Positions 48,747 to 58,039 of a stretch of DNA of 64,000 bases are shown piece after piece. Location: positions 1 to 64,000 of the IMG/VR virus record IMGVR_UViG_3300032073_005220; one strand, given 5' to 3'. The notes beneath the pieces are model-generated. The model was not told the DNA's origin and ran no database searches. It saw only the letters and a program-made list of their open reading frames with translations. Every line of letters starts with the position of its first letter. Within the stretch, counting starts at the first letter, position 1. The position numbers and the translations under genes were made by a program. The DNA comes from a virus.

Positions 48747-49766
48747 ATGAATACAAAACTAAAAAATAAAGATCAGGTAATTAATCTACTTAATAATATA
48801 GCTTTTAACGACTTAAAAACAAACTATAACCCTTGGCTTGCTATTACAGATAATATTAATCAACAAACAGGAAATAGTCTAACTACATCAGAATGTGTTG
48901 ATATATACCAAAAAAATAACAATACTTCTTTATTTATCAAAGCTTCTAACACTAACACAAAGCTTTTATCATATCTTGAAAATAAAACTGTTGCTTTAGT
49001 TGGACCGGCCCCCTATCTTATTGGGCAAAAAAAGGGAGCTATTATTGATCAATACGATATTGTTGTTAGGATTCAACACGGTATACCTAATGAAATTGAT
49101 TATGGCTCTAGGACAGATATAATTCAAAGTTGTTTAAATATAAATTATGGACCTCCATTAGTAAAATACTTACAAACATTATCTGAAGATAAAAAATCTA
49201 AATTTATTATCTGTAACGACACTGCTAGCGAACCAAAAGCTAATGGTCAGTGGGCCTTTGTCGATGAAGTTTATGAAAAACAATTTACAGAATTAGGCAT
49301 ACCCCTAGTTCATTTACACAACTCGGATGGAACTTGGGATAGGTGGGCTTTATACTGGGAGATGTATCCCAAAGCCCATACAGAAAGGTTTCCGAACGGT
49401 CGGACTCAATCTAATTCAGAAAATTTTAATTCTGGATATGGTGCAATAAATATGATATTAAGATATCCAGTAAAAGAACTTGCCGCATTCGGTTTAGACT
49501 TCTATAATACAGGAGTTCCGCAAGATGATAAAGGTAAGTACAACAGTCAATATACTGATACTTATGGAAAATCTGGAACACCATTCGGACCTTGTCACGG
49601 GTTACATGATCAGCTATCTCAAATGATGCATTGTAAGAATGTTTTAATGAGAGATCCTAGATTCGTATTGGATGAAGATGTTAAAAGTAAACTTATGTCC
49701 GAAAATGTTGCTAATAGAATTGCAAATTTTGTAAAATTACCTAAAAAACAAAACGAGACTAGATAA
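48747..49766 (+). CDS. GT29-like glycosyltransferase
   Basis: VALVGPA...IDQYDIVVRI...GSRTD, NSG, FGLDFY, H. Confidence 0.65.
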   Translation: MNTKLKNKDQVINLLNNIAFNDLKTNYNPWLAITDNINQQTGNSLTTSECVDIYQKNNNTSLFIKASNTNTKLLSYLENKTVALVGPAPYLIGQKKGAIIDQYDIVVRIQHGIPNEIDYGSRTDIIQSCLNINYGPPLVKYLQTLSEDKKSKFIICNDTASEPKANGQWAFVDEVYEKQFTELGIPLVHLHNSDGTWDRWALYWEMYPKAHTERFPNGRTQSNSENFNSGYGAINMILRYPVKELAAFGLDFYNTGVPQDDKGKYNSQYTDTYGKSGTPFGPCHGLHDQLSQMMHCKNVLMRDPRFVLDEDVKSKLMSENVANRIANFVKLPKKQNETR

Positions 49767-50191
49767 TGAATCTCAATTCCGATGCAGATTTAAATAATGT
49801 TTTAAAAAAAGATGGCGTGCCAGTGTCAGAGCTTGCTAAATATGAAAATATTGATACGATAAGCCTAGAGCAATTACGAGCAGATTTAGGTCTTGGGTCA
49901 TGGGCTGCTAGAATAGCTTATAACGATTTATTTGGAGGTGTTGTAATACAACAACAGCCGGGAGAAGGAAATAGAAAGCATTTTCATCCTGATGCCGACG
50001 AAAATTGGGTAATATTAGACGGAGAGTGGGAATGGTGGATAGAGGGTGTTGGTACTAAAGTGGTAAGGACTAACGACATTATAGTAGTACCTAAAAATAC
50101 ATGGCATCACATTAAATGCGTAGGAACTAAACCCGGTGTTAGATATGCTATTACAAGACCAGATGTAAATCATGTGTATGAAAATGAGTGA
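49766..50191 (+). CDS. Cupin domain protein
   Basis: HFHPDADENW.ILDG, VPKNTWH. Confidence 0.8.
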   Translation: MNLNSDADLNNVLKKDGVPVSELAKYENIDTISLEQLRADLGLGSWAARIAYNDLFGGVVIQQQPGEGNRKHFHPDADENWVILDGEWEWWIEGVGTKVVRTNDIIVVPKNTWHHIKCVGTKPGVRYAITRPDVNHVYENE

Positions 50192-50897
50192 TATTAATTT
50201 TGATTTTAAAGATAAAATTGTATTAGTTTTTGGCGGAAGTAAAGGTATTGGCAAAGAAGTTTGTGAGCAATTTTTGCGACACAACGCAAAAGTATATTGC
50301 ATATCTAGAACTAATCCTTTTATCTCAAATGTAAACTTTATACAATGTGATATTTCCAAAGAGTCTGACATATCTAATGTGTTTAGTCGTTTCAATAAAG
50401 TTGATTTTGTGATTAATGTTGCTGGTACTAACTTATGTCAACCAATAGAGAATATAAGCATAGAAGAATGGGATAGACTTATGTCTATAAATTTAAGGTC
50501 TTTCTTTATCATTTGTAAGCAGTCTGTAAAACTAATGAAGCCTTTTAACTACGGTAGAATTGTTAATGTTTCTTCTATTGCGGGTAGAAATAAAAGTATT
50601 GTTAGCGGTGTCCATTATACTGCCAGTAAATATGGTGTTATCGGATTAACAAAACAGTTAGCTAACGAAGTTTCTCAATTTAATATATTAGTTAATTCTG
50701 TTTGTCCTAGTCAAACAATGACACAAATGCTAAAAGAATCAATGTCAAATAAACAAAGAGAAAAATTAGAACAATCAATACCAGTAAAAAAAATAGCTTC
50801 CACAAAAGAGCAGGCTATGCCTATATTGTTTTTATGTTCTAGTGCCGCTTCTTATATAGCTGGCACAACATTAGATGTTAATGGAGGACAGCTATAA
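50184..50897 (+). CDS. Short-chain dehydrogenase/reductase
   Basis: GGSKGIG, NVAG, NVSS, YTASK, VNGG. Confidence 0.9.
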   Translation: MSDINFDFKDKIVLVFGGSKGIGKEVCEQFLRHNAKVYCISRTNPFISNVNFIQCDISKESDISNVFSRFNKVDFVINVAGTNLCQPIENISIEEWDRLMSINLRSFFIICKQSVKLMKPFNYGRIVNVSSIAGRNKSIVSGVHYTASKYGVIGLTKQLANEVSQFNILVNSVCPSQTMTQMLKESMSNKQREKLEQSIPVKKIASTKEQAMPILFLCSSAASYIAGTTLDVNGGQL

Positions 50898-51574
50898 TGT
50901 CTAGAAATATTGATATCAATGTATTAATTGCGGTAAGAGCTGGATCAAAAAGAGTGCCTAATAAAAATATTAGATCTTTCGGCAACACCAATATGTTATC
51001 TGCAAAAGTAAAGCAAACTTTATCTTTGAAAGATGTAAGAAAGGTTGTGGTTACTTCAGATAGTGAAGAGATGCTTGATATAGCTAGTGATTTAGGTGCA
51101 TATCCTATGAAAAGAGATCCCTACTATGCTAGTGATTCTGTTCCTATGGGCGATGTTTATGTTCATCTAGCATCTATCATGGATTGTAAAGATATATTAT
51201 GGACCCCTGTTACAAGTCCTTTGGTCTCTAAAGAAACTATAGAGTCATGTATTGACATATACAAAAACCAAGAACAATATGATTCCGTAGTTACTACGAA
51301 CATAATACAAGAATACATGTGGCTTGATGGTAAAGCAATTAATTATGATCCCAAGAATCATCCTCGGTCACAAGATTTGCCTAAAATTTATGCATTAAAT
51401 TTTGCTGTTAATATTTTATCTAGAGAAACCATGATTAAAAATAAGAATATTCTGGGAGATAACTTTTATTCATACATGATAGACGACATAGAGTCTGTAG
51501 ATGTGGATACAGAATTTGATTTCAAAATAGCAGAAATGCTATATAACAATAAGGCGACATATGAAAAATCTTAA
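50897..51574 (+). CDS. CMP-ulosonic acid synthetase (NeuA/KdsB-family cytidylyltransferase)
   Basis: AVRAGSKRVPNKN, TSP, RSQDLP, DVDTEFDF. Confidence 0.9.
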   Translation: MSRNIDINVLIAVRAGSKRVPNKNIRSFGNTNMLSAKVKQTLSLKDVRKVVVTSDSEEMLDIASDLGAYPMKRDPYYASDSVPMGDVYVHLASIMDCKDILWTPVTSPLVSKETIESCIDIYKNQEQYDSVVTTNIIQEYMWLDGKAINYDPKNHPRSQDLPKIYALNFAVNILSRETMIKNKNILGDNFYSYMIDDIESVDVDTEFDFKIAEMLYNNKATYEKS

Positions 51575-52493
51575 AGTATTTATAGTAACATATAAAAGAT
51601 CTGACGTTTTAAATAGAACTCTTAATACCTTATTTCATCAAACAGATTTTTTAACAATACCAAACACCCAAGTAAATATTATCAACAATCACTCTGATTT
51701 TTATTTAGATCCTGCATTCTCTAGTCAAGTAAACGTTATACATAATAATACCAGGCCTGATTGGGACACAGGGAATTTAGCTAGAAATTGGAATGAGTCT
51801 TTGCTTCATGGTTTTAAAGACTTAAAAAATCCTGATGCTAATATTGTTACAACAATGCAGAACGATATTGTGTTAAGTAAGCATTGGGCTAGCAATCTGA
51901 TGAAAATGCATGAAAAATATACATTTATAACTGGACATTTTGGAGATAACATTGTAAGCTACCAACCGGAAGCGGTAAAGAAAATAGGAATGTGGGATGA
52001 AAGATATTTAACTCCTGTTAATAAAGAAGCAGATTATTTTATTAGGGCATTAATTTATAATAAAAATAAATCATTAATTAACGATAAAGCTCATGGTAGA
52101 TTACTAAATGCAAAAGACGCCTTAGAATTGGACAGTAGTGCATATTTAGGAAACGAACCCGATTGGAGAAATGAATTTAAAGACAAAGAAAACACTAGAG
52201 AAGGATGGTATCATACTTCTCAAATATTTTACTGGAAATGGAAAGACACTTGGAAAACACAACCAAGTTACTACGGTTGGTTAACAAGATGGTCACAAGA
52301 TTTTATAAATAATCCCCCATCTCCACCAAAAGTACCAAACTTTGTGCAATATGCCTATTTTGAAAAAGATATTGAACTTAAAGATAAAAACTATGTTGGT
52401 TGGCGTAAAGGAGATTGCTGGCTAGATGCTAATAAATGTTGTGACATAGATATTCATCCCTTTAAAGCGGGGAAAAGATTTAGAGATGATTAA
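51561..52493 (+). CDS. GT2-like glycosyltransferase
   Basis: IVTYKR, LARNWN, QND, IGMWDERY...EADY. Confidence 0.6.
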   Translation: MKNLKVFIVTYKRSDVLNRTLNTLFHQTDFLTIPNTQVNIINNHSDFYLDPAFSSQVNVIHNNTRPDWDTGNLARNWNESLLHGFKDLKNPDANIVTTMQNDIVLSKHWASNLMKMHEKYTFITGHFGDNIVSYQPEAVKKIGMWDERYLTPVNKEADYFIRALIYNKNKSLINDKAHGRLLNAKDALELDSSAYLGNEPDWRNEFKDKENTREGWYHTSQIFYWKWKDTWKTQPSYYGWLTRWSQDFINNPPSPPKVPNFVQYAYFEKDIELKDKNYVGWRKGDCWLDANKCCDIDIHPFKAGKRFRDD

Positions 52494-53853
52494 GCTAATA
52501 ATTTTTGATTTAGACGGAGTATTAGTAGATGCAAGAGAGTTGCATTACGAAGCTTTAAATGCTGCATTAGAATATATTGATAAGAAATATGTTATAAATA
52601 GACAGGAGCATTTGTCTACTTACGACGGTCTTTCTACCACTAAAAAACTGCAGATGCTTACAAAAGAAAAGCATTTACCTCAAAATTTACATCACGAAAT
52701 ATGGAAGCTCAAACAAGAAAAAACATTAGATATTATCCGTGATTTTCAACCTGACCTAAGGATTATTGCCCTATTAAAGAATTTGAAACAACAAGGTATA
52801 ACGGTCGCATGCGCTACGAATTCTATTAGGGACACGGCAAAATTACAGTTAATAAAGAAAGGTTTTTTTGAGCATATTGATTTTATGTATTCTAATCAAG
52901 ATGTGAATAAGCCTAAGCCTAGTTCAGAAATATATCTCAGATGTATGCTAAAAGCAGATGTTGACCCACAAGAAACAGTAATTGTAGAAGACTCTCATCA
53001 CGGCAGAAAAGCAGCTATTAATAGCGGAGGACATTTGTGTGCTGTCAAAAATAGTACTGATGTCACACAAGATAAAATACAAAATTTTATAAATAAAATC
53101 AACAAACAAGCCACCATAAAACCCAAGTGGCAGGGAGGCAAGATGAATGTACTTATTCCTATGGCCGGTGCTGGATCAAGATTTGAACAAGCAGGTTATA
53201 CTTTCCCCAAACCTCTAATTGAGGTTAAAGGCAAACCAATGATACAGTTGGTAGTTGATAGTCTTAATATTGATGCTAGGCACATATTCGTGGTACAAGA
53301 ATCTCATTATGAAAAATATAACTTAAAACACTTGTTAAATCTAATATCTCCAAACTGTGAAGTTGTGTGCGTGAATGGAGTAACGGAAGGAGCAGCTTGC
53401 ACAACCTTGCTTGCTAAAAAGTTTATAGACAATAATGAACCTCTTGTGTTCGCTAATTCAGATCAGTTTTTAGATTGGGATAGTAATGAATTTATGTATT
53501 CTATGGAAGCCGACGAAATTGATGGAGGCATGCTGACCTTTACAGCCACTCATCCCAAATGGAGTTTTGCTAAATTAAATGACGACGGTTTTGTTACTGA
53601 AGTAGCAGAGAAAAAACCGATCAGTGATATTGCAACAGTCGGAGTTTATTATTGGAAACGTGGAGCTGATTATGTAAAATATGCCGAACAAATGATCAGA
53701 GAAAATATTAGAGTGAATAACGAGTTTTATGTATGTCCTGTGTTTAATGAGGCTATTAAAGATGGTAAGAAAATCAAAACTTTCCATTTTGATGGTATGT
53801 GGGGCATAGGTACTCCTGAAGATTTAGATATATTCAATAAAGAATATAAGTGA
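52486..53853 (+). CDS. HAD phosphatase fused to a sugar-phosphate nucleotidyltransferase
   Basis: FDLDGVL, KPKP, VEDS; then IPMAGAGSRF...PKPLI, GTPEDL. Confidence 0.88.
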   Translation: MIKLIIFDLDGVLVDARELHYEALNAALEYIDKKYVINRQEHLSTYDGLSTTKKLQMLTKEKHLPQNLHHEIWKLKQEKTLDIIRDFQPDLRIIALLKNLKQQGITVACATNSIRDTAKLQLIKKGFFEHIDFMYSNQDVNKPKPSSEIYLRCMLKADVDPQETVIVEDSHHGRKAAINSGGHLCAVKNSTDVTQDKIQNFINKINKQATIKPKWQGGKMNVLIPMAGAGSRFEQAGYTFPKPLIEVKGKPMIQLVVDSLNIDARHIFVVQESHYEKYNLKHLLNLISPNCEVVCVNGVTEGAACTTLLAKKFIDNNEPLVFANSDQFLDWDSNEFMYSMEADEIDGGMLTFTATHPKWSFAKLNDDGFVTEVAEKKPISDIATVGVYYWKRGADYVKYAEQMIRENIRVNNEFYVCPVFNEAIKDGKKIKTFHFDGMWGIGTPEDLDIFNKEYK

Positions 53854-54650
53854 AAATCATTAAAAAAAAAATAGCTATATTACTAACTGGATTTGTAAGA
53901 AATTGGAAAGATACAATAAATAATCTTATTGTAAATTTTGTAAGTAAAAATGACGAGAGATTTGAATTCGATTTATATGGAGTAACTTATAATATAACAG
54001 ATGACTATACTCAGGACACTAGCTATAAAAGACATGTAGATTTACAAGAAATTAATTCCTTAACAGAAGAATATGCATTTAAAGACTTAGAAGTATTAAA
54101 TTATAGAAAAACATTAAATAAAATACTTTGGGACAATCAACAAATAATATCTCTAATTGAGGATTATATAGATGTGGAATACAAGATAGAAACAATTTTA
54201 ATGCAATGCTTTTGCATACAGCTTGCTTATAATAAAATACAACACAAGAAATATGATTTTGTCATGAGAAGTAGGTTTGATGTTAATCATATACAAAGTA
54301 CAATTATTCAAGAAGAAGGAATCGCAAATAATGAAATTGGATGTCTGTCAAGACCTAGCAGCCAAAATTTTGTAGACCATGTTGTTTTTGGTACTCAACA
54401 AAATTTGAGAATATTTTGTAATACTTATTCTAATCTACAAACAGAAAACTTTATTACTAATTATAAAATTAAATTTGTAGAAGACGCTTTTTTAAATACC
54501 TTATTGATGAATAAAATTAAAATTAAGATTTTGCCATGGATTTGTAGTGTTCAAAGGCGCACTCCATGCATCATCTGTGAAAGAGAAGGAACTAAAGACG
54601 AATTGTTTTTATTTGACATACGTAAGTTCAACTTAGATGAAACGAGTTAA
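53850..54650 (+). CDS. Hypothetical glycan-associated protein
   Basis: IAILLTGFVR, YDFVMRSRFD, DHVVFG. Confidence 0.55.
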   Translation: MKIIKKKIAILLTGFVRNWKDTINNLIVNFVSKNDERFEFDLYGVTYNITDDYTQDTSYKRHVDLQEINSLTEEYAFKDLEVLNYRKTLNKILWDNQQIISLIEDYIDVEYKIETILMQCFCIQLAYNKIQHKKYDFVMRSRFDVNHIQSTIIQEEGIANNEIGCLSRPSSQNFVDHVVFGTQQNLRIFCNTYSNLQTENFITNYKIKFVEDAFLNTLLMNKIKIKILPWICSVQRRTPCIICEREGTKDELFLFDIRKFNLDETS

Positions 54651-54654
54651 TCCA

Positions 54655-55350
54655 ATGAAATTAAAAGATTTAGAAATTATAGACGCAAATCAACATTTAT
54701 TTGATAGCTTTAATGACTTTATACTGAGTAGTGATACGAAGGTCTTTGGCAAACTACTTGCTAGATGCTTATTGTTGAATCAGGTTAAAGACATTCCTGG
54801 AGATATTGTAGAGTGTGGAGTATTTAAAGGAACGGGTCTTATGACATTTCTAAAAGCTAAAAGATTCTTATGTCCTAACGGACATAAAAAAGTTATCGGC
54901 TTTGATTTCTTTAATTCAGATGGGCTACTAAAAAGTCTCGACGGAATAGACAAAAAAGCTATGTCTACTTTATTTAAAGGTAGAAATTATGAGCACAAAA
55001 ATAAACACGAAGAAATATTATATCAATATATTTTAAATTGTGGTTTTGCAGAACATGAGTTTGAGCTGGTGTCTGGTGATATAACTAAGACATCGCATGA
55101 ATACATTAAAGATAAACCTGGATTCAGAATATCTTTATTGTATATTGATCTAGATTTAGATGTGCCAAGTTATGAAACACTAAATGCTCTCTGGGACAGA
55201 GTATCTAGAGGAGGTGTTGTCGTCTTCGATGAATATGCTTTTCATAAATGGTCTGAAGCTGACGGGGTCGACAGATTCTTTAAGGATAAAAACATTACAA
55301 TTAAAACCCTAGACTATATATGTCCAACAGCATATGTAATAAAATCATGA
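54655..55350 (+). CDS. TylF/MycF-family O-methyltransferase
   Basis: GDIVECGVFKG, GFD, YIDLD, GGVVVFDEY. Confidence 0.85.
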   Translation: MKLKDLEIIDANQHLFDSFNDFILSSDTKVFGKLLARCLLLNQVKDIPGDIVECGVFKGTGLMTFLKAKRFLCPNGHKKVIGFDFFNSDGLLKSLDGIDKKAMSTLFKGRNYEHKNKHEEILYQYILNCGFAEHEFELVSGDITKTSHEYIKDKPGFRISLLYIDLDLDVPSYETLNALWDRVSRGGVVVFDEYAFHKWSEADGVDRFFKDKNITIKTLDYICPTAYVIKS

Positions 55351-55817
55351 ATAAAATATTAATATCTCATAGGGGAAATATATTTGGCTCAAAACCCGAA
55401 CAAGAAAATAAGCCCGAATATATTCTTAAAGCGATATCAAACGGTTTTGATGTAGAAATAGATATATGGAATTCTAAGGATAAATTATTTCTAGGACATG
55501 ATAATCCTGAGACTAATATAAATAAAGATTTTTTATTACAAAACAGACAATATCTTTGGTGTCACGCTAAAAATCTTACAGCTTTAGAAAAATTACTGGA
55601 CATGGGTATGACTTGCTTTTGGCATCAAGAAGATTATTATACCTTAACTAGCAATAACTATATATGGACCTATCCAGATCAATCAGTTGGAAGTAACTCT
55701 ATATGGGTAATGCCAGAAATGGCTGGTATTAATGAAACACAAACAGATTTATATCTATCAAATTGCATCGGAATATGTTCTGATTTTATAGGAGAGTATA
55801 TATGGACAAAACAATAG
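55347..55817 (+). CDS. PLC/GDPD-like phosphodiesterase-fold protein
   Basis: ISHRGN, ENKP, DVEID, LGHD, HAKN, GICSD. Confidence 0.75.
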   Translation: MNKILISHRGNIFGSKPEQENKPEYILKAISNGFDVEIDIWNSKDKLFLGHDNPETNINKDFLLQNRQYLWCHAKNLTALEKLLDMGMTCFWHQEDYYTLTSNNYIWTYPDQSVGSNSIWVMPEMAGINETQTDLYLSNCIGICSDFIGEYIWTKQ

Positions 55818-56506
55818 TAGTAATGGGTAATGGTCCGTCATTGAAAGATTTAGATTGGGATCTACTCAAAGGCGTCGACACCTTTGGCTTAAATTCAGCT
55901 TATAGGGCTTATGAAAAAATGAACTGGTACCCTACATATCATGGTTGTTTTGACTATATAGTTACCGATTGTCACAGGCAAAACTTCACTCACCTAATCA
56001 ATACGGGTAGAATTAAAAATCATTTTTATATTCGTAATATATCTAATGCTTCTAACTTTACTCACATTAATCTACAACCTTGGAAAACCACACACAAGAT
56101 CAATAAATCTCCTGATGATTTCTCTTCTTTTCGGGATAATGGTAATAGTGGCACAAATGCGTGTTCTGTTAGTATGTGTTTAGGTTATAAAAATATAATA
56201 CTTGTCGGGGTGGATTGTAATTATGTTGAGCATGTAGACGGGTCTACTGGTGACGGACAGGGAGGTTTAAAGATGTTCAAAACTCCTGAAACAAATCCCA
56301 ATTATTGGTTTGATGATTACCAACAGGAAGGAGACAGATATAATGTCCCTAGAGGCGAGGTATTTCACAAACCTGCTTGGAACGACTTCTCTCAACTTGC
56401 TAAAGATAACGGCATTAATGTAGTCAATTCCAGCCCGATATCAACCTTAGAGTGTTTCAATAAGGTCTCGCTAGAACAGGCTGTTGCACAATATGTAAAA
56501 ACTTAA
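55802..56506 (+). CDS. DUF115/Maf/GT42-like ulosonate transferase candidate
   Basis: VMGNGPSL, FGLN, GYKNIILVGVD. Confidence 0.6.
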   Translation: MDKTIVVMGNGPSLKDLDWDLLKGVDTFGLNSAYRAYEKMNWYPTYHGCFDYIVTDCHRQNFTHLINTGRIKNHFYIRNISNASNFTHINLQPWKTTHKINKSPDDFSSFRDNGNSGTNACSVSMCLGYKNIILVGVDCNYVEHVDGSTGDGQGGLKMFKTPETNPNYWFDDYQQEGDRYNVPRGEVFHKPAWNDFSQLAKDNGINVVNSSPISTLECFNKVSLEQAVAQYVKT

Positions 56507-56584
56507 TAAAATTCTTGCATAGACATATAGAAAAAACCATCTATAATAAACTAGATATCTAAACCAGAAAAAGAGGACTTTAAA

Positions 56585-57313
56585 ATGATATTATCTTGGC
56601 AGCAAATACCTTCTGTTACTGTTTCTGAAATTATGTGTAAAGGTTTTGATGGAGTTGTTCTTGATACTGAACACGGTAGTTTTAATACGGAAACTATTAA
56701 TAATTGCATACAGGTAATTAAATTAGCAGGCAAGAAAGCTTTCGTCAGATTAACAGAAGTTTCACCCACCAATATCAGATCGTGTCTTGATTCTGGCTGT
56801 GATGGTCTTATTTTTTCAACAGTAGAGACTGTTGACCAATGCGAAGCCATTAAAAACTGTTGCTACTTCCCTCCAAAAGGCAAGAGAGGTCTTGGACTAT
56901 CAAGAGAAAATATGTGGGGAGAAAAAAATCAATTAGTAAGTAGTGGACCAATTATTGTTCCTCAGATAGAATCTAAATTAGGTATTGAAAATATAGAAAA
57001 AATTAAAAGCTATGGATTTGACTTTCATCTTATTGGTCCGTATGATTTATCTTTAAGTTTAGAAATACCTGGCGACTTTAAACACGAAAAATTTCAAGAA
57101 GCTATTAAGACTATGAGAGATAGTATTCCTAATGATAAAATGGCCATACATATCCCTAAGGATCTTGACGCTTGGAATTTATGGCAGTCCGAAATGGAAG
57201 AATGGCTGAACTATTCAGATTATGGAATGCTATGCATAGGTATGGATACTATAGCTATCTTCCAGTATAATAAAGTAAATTTATCTAAAGTCAAAAAGAA
57301 CGCTGGTCGATAG
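56585..57313 (+). CDS. HpcH/HpaI class II pyruvate aldolase
   Basis: LDTEHG, VR, PPKGKRG, QIES, IGPYDLS. Confidence 0.88.
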   Translation: MILSWQQIPSVTVSEIMCKGFDGVVLDTEHGSFNTETINNCIQVIKLAGKKAFVRLTEVSPTNIRSCLDSGCDGLIFSTVETVDQCEAIKNCCYFPPKGKRGLGLSRENMWGEKNQLVSSGPIIVPQIESKLGIENIEKIKSYGFDFHLIGPYDLSLSLEIPGDFKHEKFQEAIKTMRDSIPNDKMAIHIPKDLDAWNLWQSEMEEWLNYSDYGMLCIGMDTIAIFQYNKVNLSKVKKNAGR

Positions 57314-57361
57314 AATAATATAGAAACTTCTCTTGACTTTGCAGCATCCTTGCTGTATAAT
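57286..57361 (+). promoter_or_regulatory. Tandem promoters: TAAAG...GTCGATAG, then TTGACT-N17-TATAAT with palindromic spacer
   Basis: TAAAG 57286, CGATA 57308; TTGACT 57333, TATAAT 57356; CAGCA-tcct-TGCTG in the spacer. Confidence 0.75.
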
Positions 57362-57380
57362 ATCTTATAAAGGGTGTTAC

Positions 57381-57506
57381 ATGTTAGAAATTTGTATTAT
57401 TATTGCTATGTTTGCTGGGCTTCTCGACGGCATCAAGAAGTTAAAATCTCCTCCAAAGATAAAGTCTTCCAATAATCTTATAGAGTATTTATTTATAGAC
57501 TACTAA
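57381..57506 (+). CDS. Small membrane protein (41 aa)
   Basis: Not in ORF track; MLEICIIIAMFAGLLDG...; TAATG overlap with the next gene. Confidence 0.45.
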   Translation: MLEICIIIAMFAGLLDGIKKLKSPPKIKSSNNLIEYLFIDY

Positions 57507-58036
57507 TGAATAGACTAAAAAATCAAAGAGTTTACTTGGCTGGCGCAATAGATCGCGTTTACGATAAAGGTAGAGGCTGGAGAGAAGAAATATCTCCATT
57601 CTTAGAGTCTTTAGGAGTTGTAGTATTTAATCCTATTACAAAACCAACAGAAATAGGTTTAGAGGATAGCGATACCCATTTAGTAAAATCTAAACTGAAA
57701 AAGAATAAAAGATATGACGAACTCAGCTCTATGATGAAAATTATTAGATCTGTAGATCTTAGATTGGTAGATATAAGTGATTTGTTGATTGTAAACTTAG
57801 ATTTAGATATTCACCCTTGCGGCACTTATGAAGAAATTTTCTGGGCAAATAGGCAGAAGAAACCGATTATAATACACATGGTACAGGGTAAAGAACATGC
57901 TCCTGATTGGCTTTTTGGTACAGTGCCTCATCAAATGATATATTCTGATTGGAACGATATTTATGGATATCTAGAACACATAAACTCTTCTGAAAACATT
58001 AACACCTACAATAGATGGTATTTTTTTAATATATAA
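57506..58036 (+). CDS. Nucleoside 2-deoxyribosyltransferase-like / nucleotide hydrolase
   Basis: VYLAG...WR...FNP...DL..V..SD...GTYEE. Confidence 0.75.
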   Translation: MNRLKNQRVYLAGAIDRVYDKGRGWREEISPFLESLGVVVFNPITKPTEIGLEDSDTHLVKSKLKKNKRYDELSSMMKIIRSVDLRLVDISDLLIVNLDLDIHPCGTYEEIFWANRQKKPIIIHMVQGKEHAPDWLFGTVPHQMIYSDWNDIYGYLEHINSSENINTYNRWYFFNI

Positions 58037-58039
58037 ATT

